Source of the DNA: an uncultured Nitrososphaerota archaeon
GTDB taxonomy: Archaea; Thermoproteota; Nitrososphaeria; Nitrososphaerales; Gagatemarchaeaceae
Reading direction: 5' to 3'
DNA length: 64,000 nt
NCBI GenBank assembly: GCA_963703285.1
Contig: OY969807.1
Coordinates: forward strand, 1,728,001 to 1,792,000
Shown piece after piece: positions 1 to 8,254 of this stretch. A program made the translations under genes and the position numbers. Every line of letters starts with the position of its first letter. The first letter of the stretch is position 1. A model generated the notes under the pieces. That model saw nothing but the letters and a program-made list of their open reading frames with translations. It was not told where the DNA came from and did not search any database.

Positions 1-109
1 GGAGGCGGACTTTGATTCGACCATAAAACGGGAAGTTGGGTGGGACACCCTACCAGAAAAAAGACGGGAAGAGAGTCGGTTTAGGCTCTCTCTTTGAGAT
101 TGGGAATTG

Positions 110-268
110 CTATCCTCCAAGAAGGGCGAGGGCGGATATCACGAGGAAGATGATTCCGACGATAGCTAGGATTGCCACCACTGCGAGTGGAAGGTACGCC
201 GCGAATGCTACTGCTATGATCAAGAGAGCGACAGCCGCGATGATGACCCATGCGATCTCAGCACCCAT
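110..268 (-). CDS. small two-TM membrane protein (52 aa), not in ORF track
   Basis: Hand translation MGAEIAWVIIAAVALLIIAVAFAAYLPLAVVAILAIVGIIFLVISALALLGG*; SD-like GAGGTGAG at 276-283 (minus strand). Confidence 0.7.
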   Translation of the reverse strand: MGAEIAWVIIAAVALLIIAVAFAAYLPLAVVAILAIVGIIFLVISALALLGG

Positions 269-336
269 TGAGTTTCTCACCTCAACGGGAGTATGGTTAT
301 GCGACGTTTCTACCTCTAACCGGCTGAGACGTCCTC

Positions 337-837
337 TCAGCCATCCCGAGGAGTGGTCTCGGACTCTCCGAGAGGCTCTCTCATCTTCAGGGTTTCCTTT
401 GCGATACCTTTCCTCAGGAACGATATGACGAAATACATGACTAGTAGAACTACGCCAGTAATAAGAACCGTAATAGGGCTCAGAGCAAATTTGAAGGCGT
501 AATATTCGAACGCAGCGTAGACGTCGAGGACGCCGATCACTCCGATGACCAAGAGCAGGTAGTCTGGCAACCGCAAGTGGAGTATTGAATTCCGGCCCTT
601 TTGCGTCAGTCTGTATGCCGTTCCCGTCTTGGTTTGCTTCTCCTTGACATATCCGCCATCGATGAGTTTGTTGAGGTGCGGGTTGATAGACCCGTCGCTT
701 CGATATCCCATCTGCCTTCGGAGTTCCGCTTTACTCCCTCTGAACTTGGGGTTGATTGTGAGCCAATACAGAATGGCAATCTGAGTAGGAGGCAGCTTCC
801 TCTCCGGCTCAGGCTCGCCATCGCCCGCCTCGGACAT
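337..837 (-). CDS. winged-HTH transcription regulator with two C-terminal TM helices
   Basis: SKAELRRQMG..SINPHLNKLIDGGYV..YRLTQKG wHTH pattern followed by two hydrophobic segments. Confidence 0.75.
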   Translation of the reverse strand: MSEAGDGEPEPERKLPPTQIAILYWLTINPKFRGSKAELRRQMGYRSDGSINPHLNKLIDGGYVKEKQTKTGTAYRLTQKGRNSILHLRLPDYLLLVIGVIGVLDVYAAFEYYAFKFALSPITVLITGVVLLVMYFVISFLRKGIAKETLKMREPLGESETTPRDG

Positions 838-1038
838 GAGGCCGATGGACAGTGACTTGGTTATCAGGATTGCTGGTCGAAGAGGTCTGGAGAACAGAAT
901 TCAGTATGAAAATGGTTCACGGGGTGACTTGGGCTGAATTGAGTGAAACCGTTCCGGGCGAGTATGACTCATCATCCACCGGTTATCGACGCAGGCTCTT
1001 TCGTCCTTAAATTGCACGATTGATTCTCTTTTCATTTC

Positions 1039-1254
1039 GTGGAGGACTACTACAGGAAGCGTGCCCTGGAGTACGAGGAGGTCTACCACAGGAACGATCT
1101 CCGGCGAAAGGCTGAGCTGGAGAAAATCTCGAGCACCCTGCAGGAGAAGCTGGCTGGCATGGACGTCCTCGAGGTCGCCTGCGGGACGGGATACTGGACC
1201 CAGCTCCTCTCGCGCACGGCCAAGTCCATCACGGCCATCGACATCCTTCCGTGA
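1039..1254 (+). pseudogene. truncated class I SAM-dependent methyltransferase
   Basis: VLEVACGTGYWT motif I and ITAID; stops at 71 aa with no continuation seen. Confidence 0.7.
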
Positions 1255-1337
1255 CGAGGGAAGCATCATGGCTCTCTCTAGGGGCGGGCTCCGCTTACCA
1301 TCTCTGCCGTCTGCTGTCGACAACGCGCCGGGTCAGG

Positions 1338-2390
1338 TCAGAGCCTACCCCGCCTCACGAGAGTCTTCCCAACCACCGAGAACGACCCGGCTTTGGCCGT
1401 GAAGTTCACGCCCATGGTACGGACGCCGATTACGCCGGCCGAATTTGCGTTCTGCCCGTAACCATACTTCAGGAGGGGATTCAATCCTATCGTGACTGAG
1501 GATACGCGCCTGTTCTTTCCGGCGACCTCCTCGACCTTCTTTAAAGGAGCCGATGAGCGCGAACTCTTCGCCGACACGACCTCGCCCCCATCGAGCTCCA
1601 TCGTCCCGTCCGCTATCAACCCGAAGCGCGTCACGGTCGGTGACAGGGTGAAGGTGCCCGAGACCGACTCGGGCTCCACCTCTGCGTAGACGAACCCGGG
1701 GGGGATGTAGCAGACGTTGCTTTCGTTGGCCACGTCGTGCGCGTCGACAACCCCATCGTCCACCTCCGTGATGCCCGTGAATCGCAGCTTGAGGGATGAA
1801 CCCGGTGTTTTGATCGTTCCCGCGCTCTCTTTCCCGAGCGCCCCTACGATCTCCTTCGCCTTCCTTCCGATCGAACGGTAGTCTGCGAGCGATGCCTCCA
1901 ATTGGTGTGACACCAGGGCTTCCACGGACTTTCCCAGCACCCCCTCGGCTTCCGGCCCGATGTACCCGAAGGTCATCCTTACCCCACGCAACTTCGCCTT
2001 CGATGCGGCCTTGTACCAGGCTTCGTTGTATCGCGTTGACCTCACGACCTCTTCCCGGGTAAGCCTGTGCGAATACGAGCCGAGGACCGGGCCCGGGATG
2101 AAAACGTAAACGTCGCTCCGGGACAGTAGGGCGCGTTCCTGCTTGCCCATCTCCCCAACGGTGTCGTCGGGAGACTTCTTGACGCCCTCGACGTATGCGT
2201 CTTCGTCTTCGAAGACGGTGAGAGGAACCGCGCCCATCCTCCTCGCCTCCACGACCACATGGCGGGCGAAGGGCAGCCCTGTGTTCCAGGTCTCCACCGT
2301 AAGACACTCCCCCTTCTGTAGCGATAGCGACTCGTTCAGAACCTTGCGCGCCACCCTTGCGTAGAGCCCGTCCATCGATGATTCTTTCAC
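1338..2390 (-). CDS. M29 (aminopeptidase T-like) family protein, apparently lacking metal ligands
   Basis: SLSLQKGECLTVET, ARRMGAVP, IPPGFVY, TIGLNP resemble M29 fold motifs. Confidence 0.7.
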   Translation of the reverse strand: MKESSMDGLYARVARKVLNESLSLQKGECLTVETWNTGLPFARHVVVEARRMGAVPLTVFEDEDAYVEGVKKSPDDTVGEMGKQERALLSRSDVYVFIPGPVLGSYSHRLTREEVVRSTRYNEAWYKAASKAKLRGVRMTFGYIGPEAEGVLGKSVEALVSHQLEASLADYRSIGRKAKEIVGALGKESAGTIKTPGSSLKLRFTGITEVDDGVVDAHDVANESNVCYIPPGFVYAEVEPESVSGTFTLSPTVTRFGLIADGTMELDGGEVVSAKSSRSSAPLKKVEEVAGKNRRVSSVTIGLNPLLKYGYGQNANSAGVIGVRTMGVNFTAKAGSFSVVGKTLVRRGRL

Positions 2391-2483
2391 GGTCGTCCGT
2401 CAACCCTTCTTCACTTAATGCTTTGCGGGACGCTCACGACGATTAGATGGGTGGTGATGCCTCTAAGGTCCATGCCTTCGAGG

Positions 2484-2888
2484 TCATCCGCTTTCAGCCT
2501 CGTCTCTCCTCTCCGCGTCAGAAGCCACCGCGTCCATCAGCGTGGCGTAGAACTCCTTTGCCTCCCCGGGCATGAGGTCGAGGCAGCTCTCTATCGCCTG
2601 GAGCACGCGAAGCGTCGCGTCGGGAGTCGGCGCGTCCATGTCGAGGACGAACTCGTCCTTGTCGTTGACGGAGCCCTTGAACCTGATGGACGGGACGCCG
2701 CCCGCGTCGTTGGCCTTCCTCTCGATGATGTCGGACCACTCCACGAGGATTCGCGGGTCTTTCCCATATTGCAGCGCCGAGAGTTGGTCGAGGAAGTTGA
2801 AACCCCCTTCTGGAAGGCTCAATGTCTCACGGTTCTTCGAACACAGGCATCCTAATGAACCCTCGGGCGCATCGAAAATGCACGCCAT
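2484..2888 (-). CDS. hypothetical protein
   Basis: ATG start, GC3-biased codons, globular composition. Confidence 0.6.
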   Translation of the reverse strand: MACIFDAPEGSLGCLCSKNRETLSLPEGGFNFLDQLSALQYGKDPRILVEWSDIIERKANDAGGVPSIRFKGSVNDKDEFVLDMDAPTPDATLRVLQAIESCLDLMPGEAKEFYATLMDAVASDAERRDEAESG

Positions 2889-2983
2889 TCATTTGGGTTC
2901 TATATGTCTCCGGCGGGGAACCATGGATTTTGGTTCCCTCTTCTATTGGTCGTCCTTCCACACCGAGCGGTCCAACTAGAGGT

Positions 2984-3220
2984 CTAAACGATTCGCCTGA
3001 GGGCTCTTAATGAGACGACCAACAAGTACGGAGACGCGACCAGGAACATTCCCAGCTCCAGGTCGTGCTCGCCAAACGCATTCGTGAATATGATTGTCGA
3101 GTAGTTCCCCGTCGCTGATTGAAGGAGATATACGCCGAGCCAGAGAAAGTACGAGATCGCTATCATCAGGACTGAGAATGCGATGTACAGGTTCCGTATC
3201 GTTTGGAAGGCTTCTGCCAT
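2984..3220 (-). CDS. small two-TM membrane protein
   Basis: MAEAFQTIRNLYIAFSVLMIAISYFLWLGVYLL..; ATG at 3220 preferred over TTG at 3277. Confidence 0.6.
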   Translation of the reverse strand: MAEAFQTIRNLYIAFSVLMIAISYFLWLGVYLLQSATGNYSTIIFTNAFGEHDLELGMFLVASPYLLVVSLRALRRIV

Positions 3221-3304
3221 GACCGTCCTCGATCTCGTATTCTTCGTCGTCGTGGTAGTATCCTCCTCCGGCTGCAAGGCCGCACACCAGCTCGTTCAGA
3301 GCGC

Positions 3305-4036
3305 CTACCTCAGTGAGACGCCAGTCATCGGGTTGGGCCCAGGTGGCCATGCGGCCTGTTCAGAATCCGTCGCCTTCCCGACCATGATTTCGCAGAGATC
3401 ATTTCCCCTGGCGCAGCACTTGGTCTCACGCACATAGTGTGGGAAACCAAAGACGGTGTCCGCTATCCCCTTGCAGACTCCCGTGATGAAATAGCACTGG
3501 TCCTTCCGCTCGGCGCCTGGATTCCTGCTCCCGCAGAATATGCAGTCACGAACCCTGATGGTGATCTTGGACCCTTTCGCAAGGTCGCCCGTGAGGGAGA
3601 ACTTTCCCCAGCCGGCGGCCAGGCCCAGGTGCTCGAAGTACGATGCGACGTTCTCAGGGTCATCGGTGATGGACCGATAATCGAGGGCGATCGCGACGCC
3701 GTAAGCATTCCCCATCTCTGACAGCAGAGGCGATGCGCCCCTGAGGAAACGGGCGAGCAAGTCCTGTTCAATGAGACTCCACGCATGAGCGTTAATGATG
3801 AAGACGCGTTTGTTGGTGGGGGTAAAGACTATGGCTCCTTTCTGCTCGTCCCACCTGTAGAGCTCGGCCAAGCTTCCGGGTGGGCGCGCGGCGCTCAAGT
3901 GCTTCGCCGGGTTCAGATGGCTCGCAACCAGCAGTTCGATGAGTTCGCCGATAGTGACATTCTGCTCGGCCGCCATTTTGTTCAGCTTCTCGCGGTCTGC
4001 GTCTTCTAGCTCCACCGCGATGGGGATGCGCGTCAT
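3305..4036 (-). CDS. ribbon-helix-helix + V4R domain protein
   Basis: N-terminal IAVELEDADREKLNKMAAEQNVTIGELI (RHH); AGWG, C..F..G...G, RETKCCARGNDLCEI (V4R). Confidence 0.85.
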   Translation of the reverse strand: MTRIPIAVELEDADREKLNKMAAEQNVTIGELIELLVASHLNPAKHLSAARPPGSLAELYRWDEQKGAIVFTPTNKRVFIINAHAWSLIEQDLLARFLRGASPLLSEMGNAYGVAIALDYRSITDDPENVASYFEHLGLAAGWGKFSLTGDLAKGSKITIRVRDCIFCGSRNPGAERKDQCYFITGVCKGIADTVFGFPHYVRETKCCARGNDLCEIMVGKATDSEQAAWPPGPNPMTGVSLR

Positions 4037-4145
4037 CTTCGGGGCGGCTCGGACCTTTAGCTAATTGCTGCTATGTTTGCACAAGCCTTGGAGAAAGCGA
4101 GTTTCGTCGCAATCACATCACAATCGAACACAACAGAACACCTAA

Positions 4146-4694
4146 ATGCAAGAGGGCACTGATTCGGGTCTCATGCGGAGGAGCGTCACTAGGACGCTTA
4201 GGATTGACGAAGACCTGGACACGTCGATCCAGCGAATAGCGGCCGACGAGAACGTCACAATCAATTCTCTCGTGTGCAGGACCCTCACCAAGATGGTCGA
4301 GTGGGACCGCCCGGGGCAGAAGATCGGACTTGTCTCCACTCCATCTACTCTCCTCGGGAAGTTGCTCTCAGACAGGGATGATGGAAGCTGCGAGGAACTG
4401 GGCCGGTGGGCGGCGCGGGAGGTCTTCGTCCCGTTCATTCAATTCCTCTTCGGGGAGGTCTCGGTTACCAATGCGCTCCTCTTCTTCAAGAGAGCCTCGC
4501 GCTACGGTCAGTTCACCTTCGACGAGACCGGGGATTCCGGCAAGCACATCCTAATACTGAAACAAACGCACGGGCCGAATTGGACCTCCTACTATGGCGG
4601 CCTTATGAAGGAGATATTCCACGGCGTACTGGGAAAGAAATTTGCGGCGGAATACAGAAGCGATATGCTCATCGCGCAGCTCGATACATCCTGA
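4146..4694 (+). CDS. RHH-domain regulator with V4R-like C-terminal domain (Nitrososphaerota-type)
   Basis: SVTRTLRIDEDLDTSIQRIAADENVTINSLV..VEWDR; HGPNWTSYY. Confidence 0.75.
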   Translation: MQEGTDSGLMRRSVTRTLRIDEDLDTSIQRIAADENVTINSLVCRTLTKMVEWDRPGQKIGLVSTPSTLLGKLLSDRDDGSCEELGRWAAREVFVPFIQFLFGEVSVTNALLFFKRASRYGQFTFDETGDSGKHILILKQTHGPNWTSYYGGLMKEIFHGVLGKKFAAEYRSDMLIAQLDTS

Positions 4695-4698
4695 GCGT

Positions 4699-5205
4699 TC
4701 ATTTGATGAATGTGGTCGCCGGGAAGATGACGACGTCGTGCATTTCGATGAGTTCAACGATATCCCTCAGCAGCAGCGAAGAAAATCCCCCGTTTCTGTA
4801 GCAGCAAACCGCCGTCGCGTCCAGGTGCTCGGCGCGGTACCGCTCGTCCTTCATGACTATGTCGAAACTTTCATAGGCAAGGTGGGCCCAGTCCGCTATC
4901 CAGAGCCATTCGTCGAAGCCCTCCAAGACGAATTGTTCTCTGGCCTCGTCGAGGAGTTCGATGTAGCTCTGGAGTGGATCGGAGCCTGTCTTCACGAATA
5001 CCCGTGCATCCTGAACCAGCGTCTCAGCACTACTGGAGAGCTTCCTCTTCTCTTTACCGGGCTCCCCGCTCAGGATGCTCAGGAAGCCGTCGTCTCGCTC
5101 GCACGCCGTGATGTAGGGTTGCAGCAACCTCGAGCGTTCGGCATCGTTGAGGTATAGTAGCATGATGTGCGCCTTGTGCGGATCAACCGATTTTGCCCGA
5201 GGCAA
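4699..5205 (-). CDS. stand-alone MEDS (DcmR-like sensory) domain protein
   Basis: HIMLLY..ER, AVCCY, LIEMHDVVI pattern. Confidence 0.7.
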   Translation of the reverse strand: MPRAKSVDPHKAHIMLLYLNDAERSRLLQPYITACERDDGFLSILSGEPGKEKRKLSSSAETLVQDARVFVKTGSDPLQSYIELLDEAREQFVLEGFDEWLWIADWAHLAYESFDIVMKDERYRAEHLDATAVCCYRNGGFSSLLLRDIVELIEMHDVVIFPATTFIK

Positions 5206-5438
5206 GTTTCCGGATTGACAGACGCTGGCTTTTCAAGTTATCTCAGCGTCCAGACTTGCGCCGGTTCGGTCTACAGCCATTGAATTTGTTTCCATGACAA
5301 AAGAGTCTATGATATGCATTTGGGTTCGTTGCTCCTCCGCCGGGAAAACTACGAATTCAAATGATCGGGCTTTGCAAAGATGTCAAACAGAAAACGTGCT
5401 TCAGCGTGAGCATTAACGATTCTGTGCAAACGCGATTT

Positions 5439-5477
5439 CGAAAAATTTATATTTGCTATACAACTGATGGTTGTATA
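5439..5477 (+). promoter_or_regulatory. hsp20 promoter (BRE/TATA) with palindromic operator
   Basis: CGAAAAA-TTTATATT (TATA 5446-5453) followed by TATACAAC-N5-GTTGTATA (5457-5477). Confidence 0.7.
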
Positions 5478-5494
5478 CTGAGGTGGTGAATGCG

Positions 5495-6079
5495 ATGGAA
5501 AGCAAAATCACCAAAGCAAGGGACAAAGACAGCATTGTTCCTTCGGAGAGAAGGACGCGGATTGCAACCAGCGACGTGCCATCTTTGGCGACAAGCCTCG
5601 ATAATATCTTCGAGGACTTCCGTACCTCATTCAACGACCTCATGGCACCACTTCTAACCTCGCCACTGTTCACCGAGCCGTTCACACCATCGTTTCTTCC
5701 TTCGAGCCTGATGACCGCGCTACCAGAGACGCTAGCAGGCAGGTCCATGATCAGGTCCATGATCTTCGAGATGATGGACAAAGGGGACCACTACCAGGTC
5801 ATGGCCGAACTTCCGGGCTTCGACAAGGAAGACATCGATGTCCGCGTGGGCGAGGTTGCGCTGGAACTGAGAGCCGAGAAGAACGCGGAGAAGGAGACCG
5901 AGGACGACAAGTCTGAGGCTCGCGAGCGTGCCTACTCTGCGTTCCGCAGGGCCATTCGGTTCCCGGAACATGTCGTCCCGTCCAAGGTCGAAGGAACGAT
6001 GAAGAATGGTGTCCTCAGCCTGAGGATACCGAAGAAGGAGCCCACTTCGACTACTGTGACGAAGGTCTCTCTCAAGTAA
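5495..6079 (+). CDS. hsp20: small heat shock protein Hsp20
   Basis: AELPGFDKEDIDV, FRRAIRFP, MKNGVLSLRIPK alpha-crystallin motifs; GGTGA SD before ATG 5495. Confidence 0.95.
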   Translation: MESKITKARDKDSIVPSERRTRIATSDVPSLATSLDNIFEDFRTSFNDLMAPLLTSPLFTEPFTPSFLPSSLMTALPETLAGRSMIRSMIFEMMDKGDHYQVMAELPGFDKEDIDVRVGEVALELRAEKNAEKETEDDKSEARERAYSAFRRAIRFPEHVVPSKVEGTMKNGVLSLRIPKKEPTSTTVTKVSLK

Positions 6080-6100
6080 GGGAGTGGACTCCTCACACAA

Positions 6101-6107
6101 TTTTTTT
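6101..6107 (+). terminator. oligo-T archaeal terminator after hsp20
   Basis: T7 tract about 20 nt after the stop codon. Confidence 0.5.
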
Positions 6108-6395
6108 CGAAAAATCTCCTTCGAGGTGATCAATAATGAGTCGGATGCTCGCGAGGTGGGTCGCGAAACTTCGATCAAAACTGGGGGATCAAGAGGGATA
6201 CTACGTCAAGGGGAGTGGCCGGGTTTACGTACCTAGTGCCTAGACTAAACGAGATACCAACCGTCGTCAGCCAGTACCACGAGCTGGAGGTAGAGAGGGA
6301 GAGATACAAAGCGTGGTTCCGAAGAGTCTGATTCCGACAATTCTCAAGATCGAGGCGAGAACATATCCTTGGCAAAGAATTCCAGGCGATTCAAA

Positions 6396-7685
6396 ATGAG
6401 CATAACCTCAGAGACTATCGCTATTGCGAGGTCGTACACCTCACCAACCACGAATACGACTCTGGCGACAGTCGACAGTTCATCGTATGGGGAAGATCTA
6501 TTGTTTCGTTTTGTAATCATTGAGTCTGGAGAAATGCGATACCTTGGACTCATAGAGAATGTAAGCGTCGAACCCGAGATAGCCAGGCCCAGGAGAGATG
6601 AACCACTTCGAGAGATCTACCCTACCGTGCTGAGGATTAGGAATCTCCTCCATCGTAGAGGCAAAGGTCTCCCATCGATGGTGCGGAACCCGCCTAGACC
6701 TGAAGCAAAAGTGTATTTCGCATCAGATGAGGATCTGGTCAAGTTCTTCCCCCCTCGAGTCTCCTCACCGCCAGTCTATCTGGGCCATCTTAGGGACACC
6801 GGTTACCGTTTACCCCTGGATTCCAGCGTCCTCAGTTTTGCAAATACGGGCATCCTCGCAGGGATCGGTCATGGCAAGTCTCATCTGGCGGCACAGCTAG
6901 TACTCCAGTTGCATCTCGCAGGCAGGAAGGTCGTCGTCGTAGACCCTTCTGGGGAGTGGGCGTCGTTGCTGCGTGAACTGAGCGATAAGCTCGGTGGGGA
7001 GCTGAGATCGCGCATTTCAATATCGATACTCCCCTATTCTCTGGACTCCGAAAACTTGGAGGTGTTCGCAGGGAAAACAATTCAGGAATTCAACTCAGGA
7101 AATCTAACAATAATTGACGCGTCGCTCTTACAGCACCAAGGGTTGGCCGAGGATAAGATAAGAGCGCGATGCGACTTGGTGTATCAAATCCAGCAGAGAC
7201 TTATGGCCGAAGCTACGCGAAGTTATGACAAGGCCAAGTCCCTCTACGCCTACGATGGCTGCGTCGTGCTGGATGAAGCCCACGAGTTCATCCCATCTGT
7301 TCCCAACTTCGAGATACAGAAGAAGCTCAACACACTCTTCTCGATTTCGACAAAGGAATACAGGAAGTACGGCCTGGGCCTTATATTCATAGACCAGTCG
7401 CTCAGAGCGATTCACGAGGACCTGCAGGTCCAGGCGTATCTTCTTGGCATGACCGCAACGCCCGGAGATTTAGAGTTCCTGCGGGCGCGTCTTGGAGGCC
7501 ATGTCGCTGACGCCGTCCAGAGAACACGAAGGGCGGAGAATGTCTCGACGTGGGTTGCATATGGGCTTGCAACACCTTTCCCCGGAATCCCTTGGGAAAT
7601 CGTGTCCTTCTCAGATTCCAATGAAGGTCGGCTTCTCAGCACATCCTTCCTTCATATCAACCGGAAGCAACCTTGTCCGAAATGA
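6396..7685 (+). CDS. HerA/FtsK-superfamily ATPase (HAS-barrel + DUF87-like)
   Basis: RYLGLIENV barrel-like N-terminus, Walker A AGIGHGKS, VVVDPSGEW, Walker B VVLDEAHEF, KEYRKYGLGLIFIDQ. Confidence 0.85.
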   Translation: MSITSETIAIARSYTSPTTNTTLATVDSSSYGEDLLFRFVIIESGEMRYLGLIENVSVEPEIARPRRDEPLREIYPTVLRIRNLLHRRGKGLPSMVRNPPRPEAKVYFASDEDLVKFFPPRVSSPPVYLGHLRDTGYRLPLDSSVLSFANTGILAGIGHGKSHLAAQLVLQLHLAGRKVVVVDPSGEWASLLRELSDKLGGELRSRISISILPYSLDSENLEVFAGKTIQEFNSGNLTIIDASLLQHQGLAEDKIRARCDLVYQIQQRLMAEATRSYDKAKSLYAYDGCVVLDEAHEFIPSVPNFEIQKKLNTLFSISTKEYRKYGLGLIFIDQSLRAIHEDLQVQAYLLGMTATPGDLEFLRARLGGHVADAVQRTRRAENVSTWVAYGLATPFPGIPWEIVSFSDSNEGRLLSTSFLHINRKQPCPK

Positions 7686-7984
7686 GTTAGATGTAACTGG
7701 ACCTCGTTTGAGATTGCTGGCGTTTCACCTGAATCGGATACTCCTGTTCCAGAGACAAGAGTCACATTCCCTCGATTCATCACTGCGTTGACCGTAGCGT
7801 TAATCCGGATCTGAACCTGCGCCGAAGATTGAGAGGCCTGGAGGGACCGATAGTCGAAGGCCGACACGATGGGCGTGACGATTACTCCGAGCACCAGTAA
7901 TGCGGACGAGACTGCGACGACGAAGGAGACACGTAACACAATGTGGTGCTGCCGTAGATTCATTAGCGTTCTCACCACAAGCAT
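7652..7984 (-). CDS. putative secreted/membrane protein, possibly truncated
   Basis: Signal-like hydrophobic stretch VSFVVAVSSALLVLGVIVTPIVSA; 3' end overlaps the HerA gene. Confidence 0.45.
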   Translation of the reverse strand: MLVVRTLMNLRQHHIVLRVSFVVAVSSALLVLGVIVTPIVSAFDYRSLQASQSSAQVQIRINATVNAVMNRGNVTLVSGTGVSDSGETPAISNEVQLHLTHFGQGCFRLI

Positions 7985-8041
7985 ACCAATTGGTTGTGTA
8001 AAAGTCTATGCGTGTTTGCCCGCCCTTCGTCCGCCTCAACC

Positions 8042-8083
8042 TTACGAATTTAGTAACTTCGCCCTGAATAGTGCGCTAATATT
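8042..8083 (+). promoter_or_regulatory. 15-bp palindrome plus TATA upstream of small peptide gene
   Basis: TTACGAATTTAGTAA (8042-8056, 6 of 7 pairs); CTAATATT 8076-8083; ATG at 8104. Confidence 0.55.
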
Positions 8084-8103
8084 CGTCGCGGCACCCCGCG
8101 CCC

Positions 8104-8250
8104 ATGAGAATATCGTTACGGAACAACCGCTACCTCTGGGTTCCCGTAGTCCTCGGGTCAATCGCGATCGTCCTCGCGATTCACGGGCTCCACCCGCTCC
8201 ACGTCGGCGCCCTCGACGGAGACCCGATAGGACCCGGCGCGCCGACCTGA
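8104..8250 (+). CDS. 48-aa secreted peptide precursor (not in ORF track)
   Basis: MRISLRNNRYLWVPVVLGSIAIVLAIHGLHPLHVGALDGDPIGPGAPT*; basic N-region, hydrophobic core, short acidic Gly/Pro tail; GC3-rich codons; stop ends 4 nt from the convergent regulator stop. Confidence 0.7.
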   Translation: MRISLRNNRYLWVPVVLGSIAIVLAIHGLHPLHVGALDGDPIGPGAPT

Positions 8251-8254
8251 CAGG

